Shown: positions 29,548 to 40,801 of the stretch, one piece after another | Position numbering within the stretch: the stretch's first letter is position 1 | How the letters are laid out: each line of letters begins with the position of its first letter | From: a virus | Taxonomy: Duplodnaviria; Caudoviricetes | DNA length: 61,073 nucleotides | IMG/VR virus record: IMGVR_UViG_3300022747_000019 | Span: 1 to 61,073 of that record | Strand: one strand, 5' to 3' | Made by a program: the position numbers and the translations under genes | The notes under the pieces: generated by a model | The model's database searches: none | Told to the model about the DNA's origin: nothing | What the model saw: the letters and a program-made list of their open reading frames with translations, nothing else

Positions 29548-31644
29548 CAGTGGTCTCCGTATTGTCTAGAAGTTACTTCAGTTGAACACCAAACAGTATT
29601 TGGGTTAGGCCAAAAGCCTGGATCAGGAATAGTACCAGGAGTAAAACCTGGAGGCTTAGGCTGATTAAACCAGAAGCTGCCTTCCAGTTTAGTTACGCGT
29701 TCTTTTAGATGTTTGTTTTCATTTTCAAGATAGCCGAGTTTCTTTTCCAAGAAATCCAACTTATCTAGCATTTCTTTATAGTTCATTGATGTACCTTTGT
29801 AATTTTCTTGGAGCTAATAGTTGCACGAAGACTAATAATTTCTAGCAAAGATTGTGCCATTTCTTTAGTATCTACTTGAAACCATTTATTATGGACATTA
29901 TCCCACCACCAATAATCGTCTTCTTTAACTCTTTGGCTATCGTAAAACTTCCATCCACTCATGGTAAGCTTACGAACTGCAAACTTACCATTAGCGAACT
30001 CTACAATGTGCGGCTTAAATGGGTTAAAGAACTCACGTTTCATTTAAACAGCTCCAGCTGTTCATAAACGTAAGAGTGCAGGTTTTCACGAGCACGATCA
30101 AAGATTTCACATGGCTCAACCATTTCAGGGTCTAGACCCTCAACCGCAGTAGCATAAGCAAGCAGAGTGTAATTGATATCATCCCACATAGCCTGTGCAC
30201 CTTGCTTAAACGCTTGGCGCATCCAATAGTCGCGGGTTTCTACGTTCGGAGTAAGATTAAAGCTGTGGCCTTGAACAGCACTACGATTGCTACCAATTTC
30301 GGGATACGGATCTTCGTAGAACCATTTAATAAATTCGCGGTCTAGGTTTAGTTTTTCTTTTCTCATATTATTTCAATTCGTAGTCGTCGGCGTCATATAC
30401 ATCACGCAACTTGCAAGCTAGCAGGTGTGCGTGGTCTTCTGTGTCACTTTTGATTTCAACCAATACTGTAGCCTGATGGTCAGTATATAAGCTGTTATCA
30501 AGGTTATTAAATAGCAGTGTAACTTTGTAAATCTTCATTAGTAAGCACCTAGATGGTTATCGGCAGAAATGCACAGTTCAGGGAAGAAGTCTTGCACTAC
30601 TTTGAGCACCTCTGCATCAGTACCATGTTTCTGAGCATTACGAAGTGCATGACGAAAATCACTAATAAGATTATGATACTGGGGTGCATTAAGATACATC
30701 CGAGCTTCGTCAGGCGTTTCACATTGAATTTTAAGTTCTAGCATATTTGTTCAGTTGTTTAAGTGTGTTAAGATCTGTTACTGGCTGATAGTTTGATTTA
30801 GCCAATGGAACGATACAGTGCTTGAAATTTCTAGCATGCTTCTCTCCACACTTAAGACACGTATGGTAGCCTAGTTTCCATCGGGCTGTGAGAACAGGTT
30901 CAGCACAGTTTACGCAATAATTTTGCATAGTTTTCCCTTGTTAAAGAATAATTATACGGGAAACCGACTAACAAATCAAGTCTCAATCATCTGATCTTAA
31001 TTTCTTTAGCTTTTCAGTTAAAATATTCAGTGTACGTTGGTACGCTCTAATAACTGCTTTTTGGCCAACTAACCATTCAGGCTTAAGTAACAGTGCTAGT
31101 TCTTCGTCTTTGGTAACAAGCACAGATTTCTGAGTGCCATCAATCCAAGTAATTTTATGGCAATCTACCTTAATAAATGGATTGCTTTCATCAGATCGTT
31201 TTAGTGCTAACATAATGCCGCCTCGCTGCTCAGCAGACTCGATAACGGCCAGAGGGAGTTCGATTGCTGTAATTGGCTCGAAATCCTCAGTGTAAATAAT
31301 AGTGTTCATGGAATATATACATATTAATTCTCCAGTACACTTATTCTAGCACGCAAACAAAAAGGCCAGCAAGTACATTTATTTGTACCTACTGGCCTTA
31401 CGTTAATTTCCTCTGGCGTCGTAACATCCAGGATGTGTGCATTTACCTACATCGCACTCACAGTATGGAGAACGGCATGGGCGTAATTCTAGGCGTGCAG
31501 ACTCAAAAGCAGCTCGTAGCCACATTTCAATGTTTGCTACTTTACCGTTGTCAGATGTAAATTGATCTAGGCTATCCCAGAATCTCTCGGCTCTGGTACC
31601 GTAGTTTTCAATTTCAAAGAACCAATCTTCAAAATCTTTATAGA

Positions 31645-32571
31645 TTACCATTGTGCCTCGCCTGGAATAAGTTTACGGAACTGAATCCAGCCTTTCAAGT
31701 TACCAGACCATAAGCTATAATCTGAAGTCATATGCGTAACACCGTAACCCTTCCAATTTTCGGGCTCATATGCACTAATCTGCAATAGATTCATAGGAGT
31801 AGCTTGATGCTCCACAGGACTAGCATGACATGGTTGAGATTCAATCAGCTGTGAGTAGATTTTCTTGGCTTTATCGAAGGAGTCGTCGTTTTTGCGATAA
31901 CTGACTTGGGCGCAGCAGCTTGAGGAGACAATTCTAGCATCCTCGGCAGAAATTCTGGATCCATTAGTATCCAAATAGCATAGCTCACCAGTGGCCACAT
32001 CGCGAGTAGTAGAAACATAAGGTACATGCCACTCTCCTGGGTTTAGTTGTTGGGGCGTTGATTTATTGTACGCATCTAGCATTTTAATAGCCAACTCATG
32101 GATCTCTGGCTGGGCATCGGCATGAGCACGCAACCAGAAAAAGTTCTTCCATTCAGTACCGCTAATGACGGTTTTCATAATCATCCACGGTTCAGTAATG
32201 CGATTGGTAATTTGTTTGTGTGACCCTAAATCAGAGAGTTCTTTAGAATAATTAATCGCATAATCTCGGGCAGTTGTCCACAGGTACTGAGCCCAGGACT
32301 TATCAGCACCTTGCAATTCTTCTTTAGCCTGCATACCTGACTGGTTTTTACCCCAAAACACAGGAGTTGCAGTATTATTACGTATATGCTCATGCATAGC
32401 TGCAACAGGGATAGCACGACTAGAGGCAGAATTCTTGCTCAACATTCGGTGAGTGTTAAGTTCAGCAAGAATGAAGCGAGGATACTCAATCTCCATAGTA
32501 GTCATGCGTACTCCATCTGTGGAGATAGAGTCAGCAATAATCTTAGCTGTAATCAAATCTTTGGGGTTCAT
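31645..32571 (-). CDS. thyX: Flavin-dependent thymidylate synthase
   Basis: ELNTHRMLSKNSASSRAIP, WKNFFWLRAHADAQPEI, HASPVEH. Confidence 0.85.
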   Translation of the reverse strand: MNPKDLITAKIIADSISTDGVRMTTMEIEYPRFILAELNTHRMLSKNSASSRAIPVAAMHEHIRNNTATPVFWGKNQSGMQAKEELQGADKSWAQYLWTTARDYAINYSKELSDLGSHKQITNRITEPWMIMKTVISGTEWKNFFWLRAHADAQPEIHELAIKMLDAYNKSTPQQLNPGEWHVPYVSTTRDVATGELCYLDTNGSRISAEDARIVSSSCCAQVSYRKNDDSFDKAKKIYSQLIESQPCHASPVEHQATPMNLLQISAYEPENWKGYGVTHMTSDYSLWSGNLKGWIQFRKLIPGEAQW

Positions 32572-32748
32572 TTAATAAAACTTTGGTAATAGTTAAGGGG
32601 AACTGAGAGGTACTATTTGGAGAAAACAGCGCTCGGTATTCGTGGGTGTCGTCTTGGTAGATTTCAATCCATAAAGCACACTTAGCTGCAAGCTTATAAA
32701 CGTAGTCTACAAGCTTGCAGGTTTCACGGATTTCGTTATAGCCTTTGT

Positions 32749-33516
32749 TCATACTTCAATCTGCATATGTGGCTGAAAGTCGTGGCCTTCGTCCATAGCA
32801 GTCCAGTAGCCGTGAGGGTTAGCAACCACACGAGTGTCACCAATCATAAGGTCTACATGGTCATGTGTATGTCCAAACATCCAAGTAGTATCTTTCAGAT
32901 CAAAAATCCAGTCGCCTAGATTGTTAGCAAAGTAGTCGTTAAGACCACTATGGTCATTTTTAAAACGAGGACTGATACACTCACGAGCAGGCAGAAAGTG
33001 TGTAACAATAACTTTCTTTTCAGTAAAGTTTTCATAGCACATCTTGATATACTCACGATCAAGATAGAATTGCTCAATAGCATCATCAGGACGAAAGTCT
33101 TTGATTAAGCGGAAGTCAGCAATCATCTTGCGTGCAGCGTGCATGCTCAGTGGGTCTTTATTGAAGTTAGTCCACAGAGTAGCTCCGATAAAGCGCACAT
33201 CATCAATCAATACGTTATCGCGGTGCAGATAGTGAATGTTATCATAGTTAAGGGCTTTTTCGATCATCTTATCGTTGAACTCTTCAAAGCTAGTACCATA
33301 GTATTCGTGATTACCAGGCACATATACAACTTCTGGAAAGATACCGGCAAAGTATTTCAGTACGTCAATAGTATTCTTAGAACCACTAGCAATGTCGCCA
33401 GCAAGAACAAGAACGTCTTCGCCCTTATACTCGCTAAGAGCGTGGCTTTTATACGGCAGACGAAACTCCGTATGAAGGTCTGACATTAGTCTAATTTTCA
33501 TAATTTCTCCAATCAA
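32749..33516 (-). CDS. Calcineurin-like metallophosphoesterase
   Basis: SDLH, LAGD, GNHE, THFLP, GHTH. Confidence 0.9.
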   Translation of the reverse strand: MIGEIMKIRLMSDLHTEFRLPYKSHALSEYKGEDVLVLAGDIASGSKNTIDVLKYFAGIFPEVVYVPGNHEYYGTSFEEFNDKMIEKALNYDNIHYLHRDNVLIDDVRFIGATLWTNFNKDPLSMHAARKMIADFRLIKDFRPDDAIEQFYLDREYIKMCYENFTEKKVIVTHFLPARECISPRFKNDHSGLNDYFANNLGDWIFDLKDTTWMFGHTHDHVDLMIGDTRVVANPHGYWTAMDEGHDFQPHMQIEV

Positions 33517-33578
33517 GCCTATATTATATCAAAAAACAAAAAGCCCAGCAAGCGCAAAATTGGCAAGCTGGGCTTTAC

Positions 33579-34034
33579 TTAGGCATAAAATATATGAGAA
33601 CCGATTTGGGCTATAATTTGTTTAGTACGGCTCCAACGTGGTTTAACATAGTCGGCGTGATAATAAAGAGCATTGAAGTTAGGTATATGATTATACCCAT
33701 CTAACACAGACTGTGCCAAGGCTTTAGTTTGTCGCCATGCAGGGCTGTCTTTAATCTTTCTAGGCTTATTTAAAGTCCAAGAAAACTGTGATTTTTCGTA
33801 CACAACACCACAGATGCTAGACTGGAAATGTGTGTCGTGACGCATACGATTAATGGTAACCAATGCTACTGCAATTTGCCCCTTAACTGATTCACCTCGT
33901 GCTTCGTGGTAAATGTTTTCAGCTAAGCAGTTAACATCACGTTCACTAACCTTAAGTGGCACTGCCCTCGGTATTAGTCCCTGGCCCAGTACCATTGGTA
34001 TCACTAGTAGTATTGCTGCTAGTTTTAGTTTCAT
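33579..34034 (-). CDS. SleB-like cell wall hydrolase
   Basis: CLAENIYHEARGE, QFSW, YYHADYVKPRW, IGSHIFY; signal-like N-terminus. Confidence 0.9.
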   Translation of the reverse strand: MKLKLAAILLVIPMVLGQGLIPRAVPLKVSERDVNCLAENIYHEARGESVKGQIAVALVTINRMRHDTHFQSSICGVVYEKSQFSWTLNKPRKIKDSPAWRQTKALAQSVLDGYNHIPNFNALYYHADYVKPRWSRTKQIIAQIGSHIFYA

Positions 34035-34861
34035 GATATTCCTTTAGTTCTTGTCTGAGCTGTGCGTTTTCATTATGTAATAGTTGCATTTCCTGTGCAA
34101 GTCTATTAATAGTATGCTGATCCATTTCAACACGTTGAGCTAGATGTTGAAGGGCGCGAGCAGCCTGTAGTGCCGTCCGTGTTGGCGGGCGGATTTCATC
34201 ATAAGAGTTTTCGCCGTTTGTAACACGGTGGCGTTCCCCATTATTTAGGGTTTGTATGAGAATATTTACGTCAGACATATTGATTAAAATTTAAATGAGT
34301 TGCTATTATAGCATTTGGGCAATGACAAATCAAGCCAAAATTTCAGGGACAAAAATTTTAGTTTGAAAGTAAGAAGCTTTGGTGATATAATGTGAGGAAC
34401 TGAGGGCTAAAACATATGTCAAATTCTTACTCGTATACAACGGAATTAGAGCAGCTTATAATGCATACACTGCTACCCGTTTATGAAAGGCATTGTCTAG
34501 AGCACAATATTAAAGAAATGTATAAAGACATTAATCCAGAGTTGTTAAGACAGCTCAGACGTAAGAAACAAGTAGCAGCACTATTTAGACCCAAAGAAAT
34601 TTAAAATTGAATTATATTGCTGATAGTAGTATAATAGAAAGTTCTCGGGGTGTTTGCCATTGACCTCGAACCGGCAAGTGCTAAGAAACAACTCAATCCG
34701 CTAAATCCAGTATCAAATTTAGGCCTGGCAAGGCTTAGAGGGACAACTGCGATGACGAACATAAAAGCCTGTTGCCACAGGAGTTCAGGGCTGCGCTGCT
34801 CATACCAGTGCAGTTTCTTAAGCATACATTCGTGTGCTTAACAAACTTTAAAAGAATCCTT

Positions 34862-35359
34862 ATGCCAAAAATCGAAGAAATTGATACAGCAGTTGCTACA
34901 TTAACACCAGAACAAGAAGATCAGATTAAATCTGCTATGGCAGCTTATAATGTAGATAACTTTAAAGCCGCAATACAAGATTTAGCACCTAAAGCTGGTG
35001 CATTAAAATTTGATACTGATAAACTACCACTTAATCTGCTATCTACTGAAGCAATGAATCAAACAGCCGCTGTGCTTAAGTTTGGTGCTCAAAAGTATGC
35101 AGAACACAATTGGCGTAAAGGTTTTACCTGGAGCCGACCCTTAGCTGCAGCGATGCGACATTTGACCGCATTTAACGACGGTGAAGATAAAGACCCAGAG
35201 TCTGGTCTATCGCACCTAGCCCACGCGGCATGCTGCATTATGTTCCTTTTGGAGTTCGAGAAGACTCATAAAGAATTAGATGACCGATACAAATCCGATG
35301 TACCGCAGACTAGCGCGACACCTAAACAAGACACGAAAAACCCTTACACAGGCCTGTAA
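34862..35359 (+). CDS. dATP/dGTP diphosphohydrolase-like (DUF5664) protein
   Basis: KFDTDK...FGAQKYAEHNWRKG...RH...DPESGLSHLAHA. Confidence 0.8.
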   Translation: MPKIEEIDTAVATLTPEQEDQIKSAMAAYNVDNFKAAIQDLAPKAGALKFDTDKLPLNLLSTEAMNQTAAVLKFGAQKYAEHNWRKGFTWSRPLAAAMRHLTAFNDGEDKDPESGLSHLAHAACCIMFLLEFEKTHKELDDRYKSDVPQTSATPKQDTKNPYTGL

Positions 35360-35557
35360 TGAACTAGAGATTGATCTAGATGATGTAGAAGATGAGTTTC
35401 TTCAAGCGTCTATTGATCAATGCTCACACTGTAACATATGGTCTACTGACTTAAAAGATGATGATGACGGCAACTTAGTATGTGCGTTATGCTTTAGGTT
35501 AGTAGGCAAATAATTTTTTATTTGAATTAGTAGTCGATATTTTATATAATAGAGGCT

Positions 35558-36046
35558 ATGAATATATTTTACTTAGACCGCGACATACAAAAATGTGCTC
35601 AAGCGCATTGTGACAAGCACGTCAATAAAATGATACTAGAAGGCGCGCAGCTACTTGCTAGCGCTCACCATCTTACGAATCCAGAAGCGTCGATGATAAC
35701 CGACATGTATAGACTTACACATAAAAATCATCCTGATGCTATCTGGGTTCGTTCTTCTATTAATCATTATCTTTATCTAATGGATTTAATGGAGGCTCTC
35801 AATGAAGAATGCCAGTACCGATACGAACACTCAAAGATTCATGTATCACTTGCTAAAGTCCAATCCTGGCCTTTCCCAAACTTACCAGATGTTCCATTCA
35901 CTGAGCCACCTAAATGTGTCCATGACGACTGGAAACAAGTCCCAGACACAGTTGAAGCCTACCGACAATACTACAGACGAGACAAAGCAGACATTGTAGG
36001 CTGGACCAAACGACAACCACCAGAGTGGTATTATGTACAGCAATAA
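35558..36046 (+). CDS. Pyrimidine-dimer DNA glycosylase-like protein
   Basis: MNIFYLD...HCDKHVNKMILE.AQLL...THKNHP...YRQYY. Confidence 0.75.
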   Translation: MNIFYLDRDIQKCAQAHCDKHVNKMILEGAQLLASAHHLTNPEASMITDMYRLTHKNHPDAIWVRSSINHYLYLMDLMEALNEECQYRYEHSKIHVSLAKVQSWPFPNLPDVPFTEPPKCVHDDWKQVPDTVEAYRQYYRRDKADIVGWTKRQPPEWYYVQQ

Positions 36047-36512
36047 CTATTTTACTAAAATGAACTCGAACAACCCAAATTTACGCGAATTTAGCGAAGG
36101 CACTAGAAATGCTGCAATCTTTAAAACAAATGCACCTTATAATAACATTTATCAGGGTGCTGCTGATCGCTGGCTGTTTGTGTGTAGTGCTGGCCTCCTT
36201 CGCAGTCCCACTGGCGCTACTATGGCAGCCCAATACGGGATTAATGCACGTAGTTGTGGCAGTAATTTTAACTACGCACTTGTGCCATGCAGTGCGAATC
36301 TTATCAACTGGGCTGATAAGATCATTTTCGTAAATAAAGAGAACCTGTGGCAACTAGAAGAAAACTTCTTAGGTCACAAGGATTTGCTAGATCAGCTTGA
36401 GCGTAAGCAAATTGTGCTTAATATTCCAGACAACTTTGAATACATGGACAAAACGCTACAGCGTATGTTCCGTGAAGAATTGTTCGATGAACACGCTCCA
36501 GTAAGCATCTAA
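36033..36512 (+). CDS. Low-molecular-weight tyrosine phosphatase-like protein
   Basis: LFVCSAGLLRS (CX5R), WADKII, LNIPD. Confidence 0.75.
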   Translation: MYSNNYFTKMNSNNPNLREFSEGTRNAAIFKTNAPYNNIYQGAADRWLFVCSAGLLRSPTGATMAAQYGINARSCGSNFNYALVPCSANLINWADKIIFVNKENLWQLEENFLGHKDLLDQLERKQIVLNIPDNFEYMDKTLQRMFREELFDEHAPVSI

Positions 36513-36513
36513 T

Positions 36514-36589
36514 CCGGCGTTGGTCCAATGGATAAGACAAGGGTCTTCTACACCCTCAGATGTGGGTTCGAATCCTGCACGCCGGGCCA
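36514..36589 (+). tRNA. tRNA-Arg(TCT)
   Basis: AGGGT-CTTCTAC-ACCCT anticodon arm; CCA. Confidence 0.88.
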
Positions 36590-36820
36590 GAAAATTCAAA
36601 CTTGATATGTTTGTCTGAATCAGCTTATAATATAGGCTGATTTGGAGAAATAATATGGATAAAACAGTATACATTGTAACCAGCATAGAATTGGGTTGGG
36701 ATTGCGTTGTTGGTGTTTTCGAGGATGTAAATCCCGATGAATTGCAAAAATGCTTCCCATCACCTCCCTACGTCATTACAGATACAACTGTGCAATATAA
36801 CCTAGAAGGGTGGGGCGAAG

Positions 36821-37153
36821 ATGAGTGATTACACACCAGACGTTTGGGTCGTCCTTGAATTTGACGCTCCTGAATTAGAAACACCTATGCGCAAAGTTTT
36901 TGCTGGTTGGTACGGCGGTTTCGCTGGTAGCAATAGCTGGAAACTTAATAGTGGCATTACTAATGTTCGTATTGACGATGAAGGGCATTACGAGTTTGAT
37001 GGTTATAGTGGCAGTACTTACTACTGCCATTTCAATAACTATCATATGAGTTCGCTGATGCACGATATTCTGGCTAAATGGCTTAAACAAGCTGATGAAC
37101 GTGGTGACACAACCATTAGAATTTTGAATATTGACGAGATTGTTGAAACTTGA
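36821..37153 (+). CDS. Hypothetical phage protein
   Basis: 110 aa, YTPDVWVV...SWKLNSGI. Confidence 0.65.
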   Translation: MSDYTPDVWVVLEFDAPELETPMRKVFAGWYGGFAGSNSWKLNSGITNVRIDDEGHYEFDGYSGSTYYCHFNNYHMSSLMHDILAKWLKQADERGDTTIRILNIDEIVET

Positions 37154-37712
37154 TATAATAATGGCTTCTTTGGAGATATTATGGCTGGATATTCTAAACA
37201 ATTTTTGATTGATGCGTTTATGAGTCGGTACATTGAGTGCTCGCTCATTAGTATCGAGCAACTCGAAGCGATGGAATCTATGGCCGATAAATTCTATGAT
37301 GAAGTTGGTCGTGATAAGTTCAGACTTTATGCTAGTCTTGATGCTGAGGCAATCAGGGTCTACAAAAATAAGTGTTGACGTTGATTGCCAATTTTGATAT
37401 AATATATGTTCTAATTTGATAAATAGCCCGGTGCCTGCGCTTACCAATTATCCCTTTATGGTAATCAGTCCCGTAAAATGCAGCGTAGTGATGGTGGACT
37501 AACCTGTGGCAGTCTAGACCTGAGGGCGGTCGTCCCAACTGGTATTAACCCAGACAAGACATTATAGTGACACTTTAGGGAGTGTCCCTATATTTTAGTA
37601 TAATTGACGGGAACTTTCTGCCTAACGGTTGGTGGAAAGTATCTCGGTGGTTTTGACGGACTGTGAATATCCATAGCGTCAACTATGGAATATATTGATT
37701 GTACTAAAATAT

Positions 37713-37892
37713 AGGTCGGTAGCTTAACAAGGCTAGAGCGCAAATCCGGACTACATACCCCCTGAACGTAGATATGCTGACCCTGTGACCGCCGCAACGG
37801 TACATTCAGAAACAGTTCAGCCTGAATTCGAATACATGGCCACGGGATGTAGAATTAATGAGGTGCAGGTTCGATCCCTGCCTGACCTACCA
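37713..37892 (+). ncRNA. tRNA-shaped RNA with about 115-nt domain replacing the anticodon arm
   Basis: AGGTCGG/CTGACCT acceptor + ACCA, D arm GCTT..GAGC, T arm GCAGG-TTCGATC-CCTGC. Confidence 0.7.
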
Positions 37893-38011
37893 TATTTAAA
37901 TTGACTGATTAGTGTAGTGGCAAACACGCAAGGGCCAACATCGTACGCGATATGGTTGGAATCGCCAGTGTAACGTAGGTTCGAATCCTGCATTAGTCAA
38001 TTTAAATATGG
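37890..38011 (+). ncRNA. tRNA-like RNA on a 20-bp extended acceptor stem, no CCA
   Basis: CCATATTTAAATTGACTGAT/ATTAGTCAATTTAAATATGG; D arm GTGT..ACAC; T arm GTAGG-TTCGAAT-CCTGC; non-canonical central arm. Confidence 0.6.
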
Positions 38012-38092
38012 GCGTGTGGTGTAATTGGTAGCCACGCTGGTCTTAGAAGCCAGTGCGTAAGCGTGTCAGTTCGAGTCTGACCATGCCCACCA
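38010..38092 (+). tRNA. tRNA-Leu(TAG)
   Basis: CTGGT-CTTAGAA-GCCAG; variable arm; CCA. Confidence 0.88.
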
Positions 38093-38559
38093 TATTTAAG
38101 TGATCTGGCTTGGCCAGCGGCGAGAGACTGTGGCTCCGGTGAATGCCACCTTTTGTGACGCAGTAACAGATTACTTAAATATGGGTCAAAACGAAAGATA
38201 CCAACCCGAACTAACACGGGAGAACACAGCCATTTAGCAGAGGACGGGAAAGTCTGCTTTGCGTCACGGATGCTTGACATTCGCAGATATTGGTGAATAA
38301 TGTAATTCTTAAAATGAAGTTAGTACCCATAACTAATTAAAGGTAATTATGAAAGTCTATACTAAATTGAATGGCAAGCTAGCTTGTTGGGATGTAGAGG
38401 CCAATAACTATGGTTTTGCAATTAAACTTGTACGAGACGAGCTAGGTGTAGGACACAAACCAGCAATCCTAGCACTAGTAAAGTATTGATTTCTGACCTT
38501 GCTTCCGCCGACAGGTCTCTATATCGGGGAGATTTCGCACTACTCTAAAAAGTGTATAT

Positions 38560-38638
38560 CCGAGTATAGGAAAGTCTGGCTCAATCCGCCACTTTTGGGA
38601 AGTGGAGATCGAAGGTTCGAATCCTTCTACTCGGACCA
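38560..38638 (+). tRNA. tRNA-Pro(TGG)
   Basis: CCACT-TTTGGGA-AGTGG; CCA. Confidence 0.88.
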
Positions 38639-38708
38639 CCTCGACCAAATTTTGATTTGTAAAATTTTTCCACACATGGTATAATATTTATATCGGCTGG
38701 GAGATTTT

Positions 38709-39218
38709 ATGAGTAAAAATTTAACTAATAAACTCTTTGATACATTAGAATCAGGAGATTTATTTATATATGTAGATGACTCGCTTGCTATTGCACAAGT
38801 ATTGTCTAAATTGGGTTTTTCCAATAAAGGCCAATATGGGCAAATAGTAAGGCAGTTTCTGCACGATAACGAGATAGACACCTCACATTTTACACCAAAT
38901 GGTAGACCTTTAGTACCAAAAATCAAAAAGATTTGCCCTGTGTGCAATTCTAAGTTCAAAACTGAACCTAGAAAAGAAAGTGAACAGATAACTTGTTCTA
39001 GAAGTTGTAGTAATACCTATTTTAGAACTAAAGATGGTGCTAGTTCTTACCGCGATCGTGCATTAAAGCACTATGGTTGTAAATGCCAAAAATGCGGATT
39101 TAATAATGTACTCGCATTAGAAGTTCATCACATAGACAAGAATAGAGAGAATAATTCTATCGACAATTTAGCAGTTTTATGTGCTAACTGTCATAGGATT
39201 GAACATGGAACCGCCTGA
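38709..39218 (+). CDS. HNH homing endonuclease
   Basis: CQKCG...EVHHID...N...NLAVLCANCH. Confidence 0.85.
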   Translation: MSKNLTNKLFDTLESGDLFIYVDDSLAIAQVLSKLGFSNKGQYGQIVRQFLHDNEIDTSHFTPNGRPLVPKIKKICPVCNSKFKTEPRKESEQITCSRSCSNTYFRTKDGASSYRDRALKHYGCKCQKCGFNNVLALEVHHIDKNRENNSIDNLAVLCANCHRIEHGTA

Positions 39219-39414
39219 TACAGGCGGACCATTTTAGTTTGTATACTGCTAGAACACCGATTCAGTTGCGGGGCTTTGCATACTTGAGACTCATAGCACC
39301 TAGGAAGGCTTATGGGAGATAGTATGAATCTTGATATAGGTGGGCGTCATAAACCTGGCAAATCAAGATCACATCCTTAGCGGGATGGGCAGTAAACAGT
39401 ATGCAAACTAAAAT

Positions 39415-39489
39415 GGGCTGATAGTGATAATGGGAGCACAGTGGCTTTGCAAGCCTCGGGCGGGAGTTCGATCCTCCCTCGGTCCACCA
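39415..39489 (+). tRNA. tRNA-Ala(TGC)
   Basis: TTTGCAA loop; G3:U70; CCA. Confidence 0.85.
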
Positions 39490-39631
39490 TCTTTAGGAAA
39501 TGATATGAAAACACGAAAACCTAGGAATCACGTTGCCTTAGCTTTAATGAAGCGTGGCGGCAGTGGTTCACATACAAAATCGCACAAGCAGTTGCGAAGA
39601 AAACTCAACCGAGAAGGTTGGGACGGCTAAT

Positions 39632-39706
39632 GGACGCATAACTTAACGGCTAAAGTATCTGGCTTTTAACCAGGAAATCAGAGTTCGATTCTCTGTGCGT
39701 CTACCA
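39632..39706 (+). tRNA. tRNA-Lys(TTT)
   Basis: TCTGG-CTTTTAA-CCAGG; CCA. Confidence 0.88.
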
Positions 39707-39781
39707 TATAAAAATACACTAGAATCACTGGTCAAGTCCAGTCAAGTTGTAGTTTAGTGAAAAACGCTAGTGTGTTTCTAT

Positions 39782-39946
39782 ATGGTACAAAACTACACAG
39801 TAGTTCGTGCCCGTGATATGGCAGAACTTATAACAAAAGTTAATGCCCTCATTGCTATGGGATGGCAACCACAAGGCTCTATTGCAGTTGATCCTATTAA
39901 TCATCTGTATTTACAAGCTATGTGGACAGAAATGACGGCCCTATAG
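39782..39946 (+). CDS. DUF1737-like small protein (54 aa)
   Basis: Hand-translated MVQNYTVV...GWQPQGSI...YLQAM. Confidence 0.5.
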   Translation: MVQNYTVVRARDMAELITKVNALIAMGWQPQGSIAVDPINHLYLQAMWTEMTAL

Positions 39947-40028
39947 TTTAACGGTAAAACGGCGGATTTATATCCCGTAAGCAACAGATAATTGGTTCAT
40001 CTGGGTTCGATTCCCGGTGGGGCTACCA
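39937..40028 (+). tRNA. Atypical tRNA, apparent anticodon TAT (Ile), long variable arm
   Basis: GGCCCTA/TGGGGCT acceptor, TTTATAT loop, TTCGATT, ACCA; 92 nt. Confidence 0.6.
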
Positions 40029-40033
40029 AATAT

Positions 40034-40405
40034 ATGAATACAAAACAAAAAGGTAACGCGGGTATAGGGGCAGCAATAGCTTACTTTACTCGTCAAGGCC
40101 ATAATGTACTAATACCGTTAACAGACAGTCAAGATTATGATTTAATCATAGATATTGACGGGTTTTTAAATAAAGTACAAATTAAATATACTACACAAAA
40201 AGCACCTTCTGGAAATTATTTAATCGCTCTGAGAAGCATTAGTGGTTCTAGCGGTAAAGCTTACAAAACAGTATCTGAAACAGATATTGATTATTTATTT
40301 TGTGTAACTGAAAATAACGATTGTTATTTGTTACCTATTACGGATTTAACAAATAGTAACTGTATTACTATTACTTCCGAATTTAGTAGTAAATATAAAG
40401 TATAA
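40034..40405 (+). CDS. PD-(D/E)XK endonuclease (homing-type)
   Basis: KQKGNAG...P..D.QDYDLIID...KVQIK. Confidence 0.75.
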   Translation: MNTKQKGNAGIGAAIAYFTRQGHNVLIPLTDSQDYDLIIDIDGFLNKVQIKYTTQKAPSGNYLIALRSISGSSGKAYKTVSETDIDYLFCVTENNDCYLLPITDLTNSNCITITSEFSSKYKV

Positions 40406-40406
40406 T

Positions 40407-40494
40407 GGAACACTGGCCGACCGGTTAAGGCATTTGATTGCTAATCAAACATTCAGTAATGGGTGAGTAGGTTCGATTCCTACGTGTTCCGCCA
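40407..40494 (+). tRNA. tRNA-Ser(GCT)
   Basis: TTTGA-TTGCTAA-TCAAA; variable arm; GCCA. Confidence 0.88.
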
Positions 40495-40501
40495 AATTTA
40501 T

Positions 40502-40578
40502 GCAGGGAATAGTGTCAGTGGCAAGCACACTTGTCTGTGAAACAAGAAGTCAGGGATCGAAACCCGTTCTCCTGCCCA
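40502..40578 (+). tRNA. tRNA-His(GTG)
   Basis: CTTGT-CTGTGAA-ACAAG; CCCA end. Confidence 0.82.
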
Positions 40579-40801
40579 AAATATTATGAACATTCAAGAA
40601 TTACTAGATAAAGAAGCCAGTTTAGGCAATCGTCGTTATCATGTTATTCAGCAAATCAAAGCAGAGCGTGGTACAGAACCTCCTCGTTGCTGGGGTATGG
40701 ATGACTGTTCAATTCAAATTATGAGTACTTGCCCTTGGCGTATAGATTGTGGTGATTACGAAGCGACTCACTGGCAGGAAAAACAGCCTTGGTAAGTATA
40801 C

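Noticed and set aside
34862-35359. Evidence for a 2-aminoadenine (Z) genome
   Set aside because: DUF5664-like proteins are widespread and no PurZ is visible in this window.
37760-37845. Hammerhead or group I intron inside the expanded tRNA
   Set aside because: CTGA is not followed by NGA, and the insert is too short with no recognisable P7 core.
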